NCBI GenBank assembly: GCA_965222375.1
Contig: CBDCTZ010000016.1
Span: 2,272,001 to 2,336,000 of the forward strand
Direction: 5' to 3'
Origin: Polyangiaceae bacterium
GTDB taxonomy: Bacteria > Myxococcota_A > Polyangia > Polyangiales > Polyangiaceae
Length of the DNA stretch: 64,000 bases
The notes below the pieces were generated by a model. The model searched no databases. It saw nothing but the letters and a program-made list of their open reading frames with translations, and was not told the DNA's origin. Shown here piece by piece: positions 57,882-64,000 of the stretch. A program made the position numbers and the translations under genes. Every line of letters starts with the position of its first letter. Positions within the stretch are counted from its first letter, which is position 1.

Positions 57882-59057
57882 CTAGGGCAAGCCGCCAAAG
57901 GCGCAGCGATACGCGTACTGCATGCAGCGGGTACCGGTTGGGCAACTGTCTGTGCCGAAATCGTGGGGTGCCGCCCAGACGAAGACCTTTCCGGCGTCCA
58001 CTTCCAGGGTCATGCCTTCATAGAAGATGGGGCGCCCCTTCCACTTCACCACGTTCTCTTTGACCTGGCGTTTGGCGATCTTGGACATGGAGAAGCTCGT
58101 GCTGCCCAGGTTGGATAGCGCCCACACGTCCAGCCAGTCGCCGTGCGACGCAAAGAGCAGCGGCTTGCCGTCTTCACAGCGCTCGGTCAGATACAGGGAA
58201 TTGTAGGCGCCGACATTTTCGTCCACCCCGGACGTCACATGGGACTTCGTGCTGCCATGAGAGATCAGCTTCAGGGCAGTGGTCTGGTCTTCCCCAGAAG
58301 CTGAATACAGGCTGAGCGTCGCGCAGTCCCATCCGCAGCCGATGGCGTGGGTGTTGCCGTCGATATTGGCGTAGCCGACGGCGCCCACGTGGCTTTGGCT
58401 GTGACTGAACTTCGTACCCACTTTCTCCACCTTGCCTTCGGCGGTGATTCTGAGAGGATAGAAGGCGGACGGTCCGCTGGCGGAGCCCTTGGCCATGGCC
58501 ACGAGCAACGTGCCGTCGGCCGTGATCTGAATCGCCGAGGGATGCGGCGTTTGGGCATTCTCCAGCAGCGAGACCCCGTCCGTAGCAAGCCACTCGCCAC
58601 CACTATTCGCTTCGGTGGGAAAAGACAGAACCCGCCCGCTGAAGCCGGCGCCTTGATCTTGGCAGGTCACCACGAAACGTTTCGACGTCGGATGAAAACC
58701 GATCCCTTGAGTGTGACAATCGTGGGGTAGGCGCGCGATGGTCGCCTTCACGATGTGTTTGTCCTCGCATTCCATGGTCTGAGGGAGCGCGTCCAGCGCC
58801 GCGGTGGGGACGCAAGCCAACTTCGGCGCGCTCCCACCACTTCCGCCGGCTGTCCCGCCGCTCCCCGCAAAGCCGCTGGCGCCACCGCTGCCACCGGAGC
58901 TGCTACCACTCGCCCCGCTGGAGCCCGCAGCTGCACCCGTGCCCCCGCTGCTGGTCGCGCCGCCGCCGGACGAGGCTCCGCCCGACTCGTTGCCGCAGCC
59001 GAAGCCCGACATGAGCAGGGATAGAGCCAGGAAGGGCGCGGGATGGCATCGAGTCAC
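57882..59057 (-). CDS. Hypothetical lipoprotein with Gly linker, possible beta-propeller
   Basis: Lipobox GFGC; HTQGI; globular C-terminal domain. Confidence 0.72.
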   Translation of the reverse strand: MTRCHPAPFLALSLLMSGFGCGNESGGASSGGGATSSGGTGAAAGSSGASGSSSGGSGGASGFAGSGGTAGGSGGSAPKLACVPTAALDALPQTMECEDKHIVKATIARLPHDCHTQGIGFHPTSKRFVVTCQDQGAGFSGRVLSFPTEANSGGEWLATDGVSLLENAQTPHPSAIQITADGTLLVAMAKGSASGPSAFYPLRITAEGKVEKVGTKFSHSQSHVGAVGYANIDGNTHAIGCGWDCATLSLYSASGEDQTTALKLISHGSTKSHVTSGVDENVGAYNSLYLTERCEDGKPLLFASHGDWLDVWALSNLGSTSFSMSKIAKRQVKENVVKWKGRPIFYEGMTLEVDAGKVFVWAAPHDFGTDSCPTGTRCMQYAYRCAFGGLP

Positions 59058-59145
59058 CTTCTCATCCTACACCGACCCGTAGCGGACGCACCCTGGCGCC
59101 GCGGAAACCCGTGGCGCCCGGATGCGCAGCTCGAGCTCGTGGGCC

Positions 59146-59898
59146 CTAGCTCTGCGCCGGCTTGATCACCCCGATCACCCCTCCCAGCGGATCCTTGATG
59201 ATCGCGAAGCGGCCTACGCCGTCCACTTCCATCGTGTTTCCCACTTGGCTGCCGCCGAGCTTCTTGGCGCGGCTGACCGTCGCGTCGCAGTCTTCCACCT
59301 CGACGTACTGCAGCCACATGGTCGGCACGTCGCTGCTCGGGGACTGCATCAAGCCGCCTCGTGCGGTCTCTCCAGTCTTCAGGACGTGGTAGTCCCCGTT
59401 GGGCATCTTCATGCTCTCGTGGGTGTAGCCGAGCACGCTGCTGTAGAAGTCGAGAGCGGCTTTGGGGTCCTTGGCCCACAGCTCGTTCCAGTGAAACGCG
59501 CCCGGGCCCTTGACTTCGGAGGGGTCGCCCTCCTGGGGCCGGAACAGCATGAAGGTGCCCCCCTCGGGATCCGCCACGGGTTGCATGCGCCCTACCGGCG
59601 CCACATCGAAGGCATCCATCAGAGCTTTGCCTCCGGCTTTTTCGATCTTCTTTGCGGTGGCATCCACGTCGTCCACGGACACATAGCTGACCCAGTGTGG
59701 AGGGATCCCATCTTTGGGCGGCGTCATGAAGCCCCCGACTCCCGTATCGCCGACCTTGAGCATCGGATAGCTCTCTCCACCCGGCATGTCGAAGCTATCG
59801 AGCTTCCAGCCGAAGAGCTCTGGATAGAAGGCCCTCGCCTTTTCGTGATCCTTTGCCACCAACTCGAACCAAACAAACCGTCCTTGATCTCGTGCCAT
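59146..59898 (-). CDS. Two-domain VOC/glyoxalase family protein
   Basis: FVWFEL, FYPELFGW, WVSYVSVDDVD, GRMQPVADPEG, duplicated; GAAGGAAG upstream. Confidence 0.9.
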   Translation of the reverse strand: MARDQGRFVWFELVAKDHEKARAFYPELFGWKLDSFDMPGGESYPMLKVGDTGVGGFMTPPKDGIPPHWVSYVSVDDVDATAKKIEKAGGKALMDAFDVAPVGRMQPVADPEGGTFMLFRPQEGDPSEVKGPGAFHWNELWAKDPKAALDFYSSVLGYTHESMKMPNGDYHVLKTGETARGGLMQSPSSDVPTMWLQYVEVEDCDATVSRAKKLGGSQVGNTMEVDGVGRFAIIKDPLGGVIGVIKPAQS

Positions 59899-59953
59899 TT
59901 GACTTCCTTCTGCATGGGGCGCGCTGCGCCCGTGGTGTCTTTCTCGCATGCAG

Positions 59954-59980
59954 GTCGTTCGGCCCGCTCTCGGATCGACA
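59954..59980 (-). promoter_or_regulatory. ECF42-type promoter for the VOC gene
   Basis: TGTCGA-N17-CGAC on minus strand. Confidence 0.68.
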
Positions 59981-60053
59981 GTCCGGGTGAAAAAAATCCA
60001 AACTGCGGGTTAAATGCCCAAGATCATTGGGCAATAAAAATGGCTCGGGGTGG

Positions 60054-60080
60054 TGTCGAAAAACTCGACGCTGATTCGAC
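60054..60080 (+). promoter_or_regulatory. ECF42-type promoter for the yciI-sigma operon
   Basis: TGTCGA-N17-CGAC on plus strand. Confidence 0.72.
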
Positions 60081-60116
60081 TACTCCTGGAAGACCGACAA
60101 CCAAGGAGGCTTTACC

Positions 60117-60467
60117 GTGCAGTACCTACTGTTGATCTATGAAAACGAGGCTCTGAAAGACGTGCGCAACGAGGCTGAGAACAAGGAGATCTTTTCCGGC
60201 TACATGAAGTTCACCGAGGAAATCAAAGCCGGCGGTCAGCTTCGTGGTGGTGATGCATTGGAGCCGGTCGCGACCGCGACGACGGTCCGAGTCCGCGATG
60301 GAAAGACGCTGACCACCGACGGTCCCTTCGCGGAGACGAAGGAGCAACTGGGCGGCTACTACATGGTCGAGGCAAAAGATCTCGACGAGGCGCTCAAGAT
60401 CGCCGCGCGCATCCCCACCGCCACTACCGGGAGCATCGAGGTGCGACCGGTGATGACGTTCGAGTAA
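60117..60467 (+). CDS. YciI/DGPF-domain protein
   Basis: AAGGAGG RBS; TDGPFAETKEQLGGYY, IEVRP. Confidence 0.93.
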   Translation: MQYLLLIYENEALKDVRNEAENKEIFSGYMKFTEEIKAGGQLRGGDALEPVATATTVRVRDGKTLTTDGPFAETKEQLGGYYMVEAKDLDEALKIAARIPTATTGSIEVRPVMTFE

Positions 60468-60507
60468 GCAGCTGGAGACCCACCGTCCACCGTAGTATCG
60501 GAGGGCG

Positions 60508-61743
60508 GTGGCGGTCAGTCGAGAAGAGATCCAAGCGATCGTGCGGCGTCACCATGGCGCTGTCCTCGCGCGTTTGATCCGGCGCCTTCGCAGTTTCGAC
60601 CTTGCCGAGGACGCCCTCCAGGACGCCTTGGCTGCTGCCATGGTGCAGTGGCCAACGAGCGGCATCCCCGAATCCCCCCGCGCTTGGCTGCTCACCGCTG
60701 CGCGCAACAAGGCGGTTGACGAGATCCGAAAGCGCTCGCTGCGAGGAGCCAAGCACGACGAAATGGCGGCGGACGCGTCTCCAGACGCGTCCGTGCCGAG
60801 CCCCGAGGACGAGCCCGCGATTGGCGACGACATGCTGCGCCTCATGTTCACCTGCTGTCATCCTGCGCTGCAATTGCAGGCGCAGATCGCCCTCACGCTT
60901 CACGCCATCGCGGGCCTCAGCGTCGAGGAGATCGCGCGCGCGTTCCTCCTGCCGGTGCCGACCTTGGCGCAGCGCTTGGTGCGGGCGAAGAACAAAATCC
61001 GGGCTGCTGGGATCCCATATCGGGTGCCCGAGTCCGACGAGCTGGGCCCGAGAACCGCGGGAATCCTGCGCGTGGTCTACTTGACTTTCAACGAGGGTTA
61101 CACCGCCACTCGAGGTGAGCAGTTGGTTCGAGCCGAGCTGTGCGAGCATGCGATCTACTTGGGACGCGAGCTAGTGTGGCTGATGCCCGAGAGTGCCGAC
61201 GCCGTCGGATTGTTGGCGCTGATGCTGTTGCAGGACTCACGAAGAGACGCCCGGGTCGATACCGACGGTGAGATCGTATTGTTGGAGGAACAAGATCGCG
61301 GTCTGTGGCGGCAAGACCGCATCCAAGAAGGCTGCGACTTGACGCGTCGGGCGCTGAAGCTCTCTTCGCATTCGGTGTACCCCCTGCAAGCCGCAATCGC
61401 CGCTGTGCATGCCGAAGCATCGGCGCCTGAGAAAACCGACTGGCGTCAGATCGCCGCGCTCTACGATCGGTTGCTCGCCGTCGAGCCGACTCCCGTGGTC
61501 GCCCTCAATCGTGCTGTCGCCGTCGCCATGGCTTTCGGTCCAGAGGTGGGGCTGAAGCTCACCGAACAGCTTTCCGATCCCCTCGACACTTACTATCTCT
61601 TTCACGCCGCCCGGGGCGACCTCCTCCGGCGCGCCGGCAAGCTGGATCTGTCTCGTGTCGCCTTCGAGCGCGCCCTCGAGCTTTGCGCAAATACTGCGGA
61701 ACAACGCCTGTTGCATCGGAAGCTCGCCCAAGTGAGCGACTGA
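60508..61743 (+). CDS. ECF sigma factor, ECF42-type with TPR-like C-terminal extension
   Basis: AEDALQDA, LRLMFTCCHPAL, AQRLVRAK, YLTFNEGY, QAAIAAVH, PVVALNRAVA; DGPF gene upstream. Confidence 0.9.
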   Translation: MAVSREEIQAIVRRHHGAVLARLIRRLRSFDLAEDALQDALAAAMVQWPTSGIPESPRAWLLTAARNKAVDEIRKRSLRGAKHDEMAADASPDASVPSPEDEPAIGDDMLRLMFTCCHPALQLQAQIALTLHAIAGLSVEEIARAFLLPVPTLAQRLVRAKNKIRAAGIPYRVPESDELGPRTAGILRVVYLTFNEGYTATRGEQLVRAELCEHAIYLGRELVWLMPESADAVGLLALMLLQDSRRDARVDTDGEIVLLEEQDRGLWRQDRIQEGCDLTRRALKLSSHSVYPLQAAIAAVHAEASAPEKTDWRQIAALYDRLLAVEPTPVVALNRAVAVAMAFGPEVGLKLTEQLSDPLDTYYLFHAARGDLLRRAGKLDLSRVAFERALELCANTAEQRLLHRKLAQVSD

Positions 61744-61827
61744 ATCGCGGGGCGCGAACCGGCGCGGCATTCTTCTGGAGCCCGCGCCCCCTCGTAATTC
61801 CCCGGACAGCCATGGCACACTCGCACC

Positions 61828-63003
61828 ATGCCTCGCCGGGACCCTCGAGTGGACAAGTACATCGACAAGGCTCCGGCCTACGCGAAACCCATCCTTAAGA
61901 AGCTCCGCGACATATTGCTAGGGGCGGACAAGACCGTTCAAGAGGACATCAAGTGGGGTGCGCCCACGCTGATGAAGGATGGGATTGTCTGCTCCTACAT
62001 GGGCTTTCGCAAACACGTGGCACTGTGGTTTCACAAGGGCACTCTGCTCGAAGATCCGGCGCGACTCCTGAACGGTGGCTCGACGATCGCCATGCGAGCC
62101 GCGCACTTCACCAAGGAGTCACAGGTCAAGGCCAAGCCGATCACTGCGATGCTCAAACAGGCCGTGAAGCTCAATGTGTCCGGCATCAAAACGCCCAAGC
62201 GCGCCGCGGTAAAGAAGGCGGTGGTCGTGCCCAAAGAGCTCAGCCAAGCGCTTTCGAAAAGCACAGGCGCCAAGAAGTTCTTCGATTCACTGCCGCCGTC
62301 GGAGCGTCGTGGCTACGCGGATTGGATTCGGGGTGCCAAAACTGCAGCAACCAAACAGCGCCGAATCAAACAAGCCATCGACAAGCTGCTCCGGGGTGAG
62401 CGACGCGACGAGAAGTACAAGCGGCCCCGCAAAAGTGCCGCGGCTAGGGGGCGCCCGTCGGCCAGGAAGGCGACCCGCAAGCCTGCCAAAAGCACGGCGA
62501 AGAAGACGGCCAAAAGCACAGCCAAGAAGAAGGCGCGCAAGTTCGCCATGAACGCAGCGAAAAGAACCGCGAAAAAGTCGGCGCGCAAGCCCGCCAAGAA
62601 GTCGCCGAAAAAGACGGCGCGCAAGCCCGCCAAGAGTGCCGCCAAGAAGTCGCCGAAAAAGACGGCGCGCAAGCCCGCCAAGAGTGCCGCCAAGAAGTCG
62701 CCGAAAAAGACGGCGCGCAAGCCCGCCAAGAGTGCGGCGAAGAAGTCGCCGAAAAAGACGGCGCGCAAGCCCGCCAAGAGTGCGGCGAAGAAGTCGCCGA
62801 AAAAGACGGCGCGCAAGCCCGCCAAGAGTGCGGCGAAGAAGGCAGCGCGCAGGCCTACCAAGAAGGGAGCGAAGAAGGCCGCCAGGAAGGTCGCGAAGCC
62901 ACCGGCGCGCAAGCCGGTCAAGGGAGCGTCGACAACTCGATCGAAGGCCATCGGCCGCGCGCGTCGCGCCGGCTCCAAGGGTGCACCGAAGAAGGGGAGG
63001 TGA
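61828..63003 (+). CDS. DUF1801 + YdeI/OmdA-like protein with histone-H1-like Lys/Ala tail
   Basis: VDKYI, IKWGAP, WFHKG, FFDSLPPS, WIRGAKTAATKQRRI; about 190-aa K/A/R tail. Confidence 0.82.
   Translation: MPRRDPRVDKYIDKAPAYAKPILKKLRDILLGADKTVQEDIKWGAPTLMKDGIVCSYMGFRKHVALWFHKGTLLEDPARLLNGGSTIAMRAAHFTKESQVKAKPITAMLKQAVKLNVSGIKTPKRAAVKKAVVVPKELSQALSKSTGAKKFFDSLPPSERRGYADWIRGAKTAATKQRRIKQAIDKLLRGERRDEKYKRPRKSAAARGRPSARKATRKPAKSTAKKTAKSTAKKKARKFAMNAAKRTAKKSARKPAKKSPKKTARKPAKSAAKKSPKKTARKPAKSAAKKSPKKTARKPAKSAAKKSPKKTARKPAKSAAKKSPKKTARKPAKSAAKKAARRPTKKGAKKAARKVAKPPARKPVKGASTTRSKAIGRARRAGSKGAPKKGR
62596..62835 (+). repeat. Five near-identical 48-bp tandem repeats (KKSPKKTARKPAKSAA)
   Basis: Units start at 62596, 62644, 62692, 62740, 62788. 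Confidence 0.92.
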
Positions 63004-63006
63004 GAT

Positions 63007-63768
63007 ATATTTCGAGCCAACGTACTGAGTTGCGCTGCGCTGATCGCAGCCGGCGCGTGGTCAACCGCTGCTTTCGGGCAAGGCGCGCCACCGCCTCCTC
63101 CTCCCTCCACGGGCGAGGTTCCGCCCCCCCCCGCCCCCCCCCCCGGAACAGCGCAACCGCCACCCGGGCAACCGCCACCGGGTCAACCGCCACCCGGGCA
63201 ACCCGGCTACGGTCAGCAGCCTGGTTACGGACAGCAACAACCTGGCTACGGTCAACAACCCGGCTACGGTCAGCCGCCCGGCTACGGCCAACAACAACCC
63301 GGCTATGGCCAGCAGCCCGGCTACGGACCACCCCCGGCACCCGTGGGCGTGCACGAGCACGATGGCTTTTTCTTGCGGCTTGGGTTGGGCTTCGCCTACG
63401 CAAGTGCGAGCGGAGAACGGACCTTGTCGAGCAGCAACATCACGACTGACGCCGAAATCAAGGGTGGCGGCGCGTTGTTCGAGTTTCTTGTGGGCGGCAC
63501 TCCCGCACCGGGCCTTGTCATTGGCGGTGGCCTGATCGGGATCGCTCTCTCGGATCCTGACATCGAGCTGGATAGGCAGAACGTCGACTACGACAACGCT
63601 ACAGCCTCGCTGGCTCTCATCGGCCCGTTCATCAACTTCTATATCGACCCGATGAGTGGCTTCTATCGGCGCCATTCGTGGGTTCGAAGTTCGGCAAAGG
63701 GTGGACGGCCCGCAAGTTGCTGCCCTCAACTTCTGGTCGAAGGAGCTTCCGAGAGCCCGCATGGCTGA
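63007..63768 (+). CDS. Outer-membrane beta-barrel-like protein with Pro/PGYGQ repeats; no canonical start, probably 3'-truncated
   Basis: Open frame from 63004: signal-like IFRANVLSCAALIAAGAWSTAAFG, PGYGQ repeats, HDGFFLRLGLG; protein-like pattern lost after DPMSGFY. Confidence 0.55.
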   Translation: MFRANVLSCAALIAAGAWSTAAFGQGAPPPPPPSTGEVPPPPAPPPGTAQPPPGQPPPGQPPPGQPGYGQQPGYGQQQPGYGQQPGYGQPPGYGQQQPGYGQQPGYGPPPAPVGVHEHDGFFLRLGLGFAYASASGERTLSSSNITTDAEIKGGGALFEFLVGGTPAPGLVIGGGLIGIALSDPDIELDRQNVDYDNATASLALIGPFINFYIDPMSGFYRRHSWVRSSAKGGRPASCCPQLLVEGASESPHG

Positions 63769-64000
63769 CAAGCCCAAGTTCGCTCCTCAGGCGTGGATTG
63801 CTGCGAACACGGATCGTGAGACCTATCGAATCCTGCTGACAACGCTCGGTCTAGCGTACGCGTTTCCATGGCCGACCGAGTGCGAATCCGGACGACTGCG
63901 CGGTGAAGCAATGCAGACCGCCAAGTGATGCAGATGCGAACGGGCGCGCCTTCGTGAAAAAGTTCGAGAGTAGTGAAAGCGCGCGACCCAACGGCGCGAC

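Noticed and set aside
62596..62835. Regular repeats as a possible CRISPR array
   Set aside because: Contiguous in-frame 48-bp units with no unique spacers and no cas genes
62313..63110. Hydrophobic 265-aa minus-strand ORF resembling a membrane protein
   Set aside because: Antisense translation of the Lys/Ala repeat tail

Overview
GC-rich, gene-dense chromosomal window with no rRNA, tRNA, CRISPR array or intact transposase. MYXO-CTERM-like sorting tails, many Gly/Ser/Ala-linker lipoproteins, an AgmX/PglI-type domain and a eukaryote-like Ser/Thr kinase point to a myxobacterium (Myxococcota, probably Polyangia-like; inference). Housekeeping and metabolic genes include a GH35 beta-galactosidase running off the left edge (absent from the ORF track), mscS, phoD, hutG-hutF, rlpA, hsp20, an amgK-like kinase, rsmG, a 5'-3' exonuclease, 5-formyl-THF cyclo-ligase, fur and argD-argF. 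Best candidates for undescribed biology: (1) a sigma54-preceded operon encoding YceI, a Cyc2-like fused monoheme cytochrome/beta-barrel and a MYXO-CTERM-anchored monoheme protein (23.2-25.9 kb); (2) a full-length P1B-type ATPase homologue lacking its catalytic motifs (DKTGT->CARGT), lying directly upstream of fur; (3) an ECF42 locus with two identical divergent TGTCGA-N17-CGAC promoters and a central palindrome; (4) a structured intergenic region with a sigma54 site that may encode an sRNA (17.4-17.9 kb); (5) a YdeI-like protein with a histone-H1-like repeat tail; (6) a patch of truncated or chimeric genes at 55.3-57.9 kb. All calls rest on motif recognition by eye; no database searches were run.
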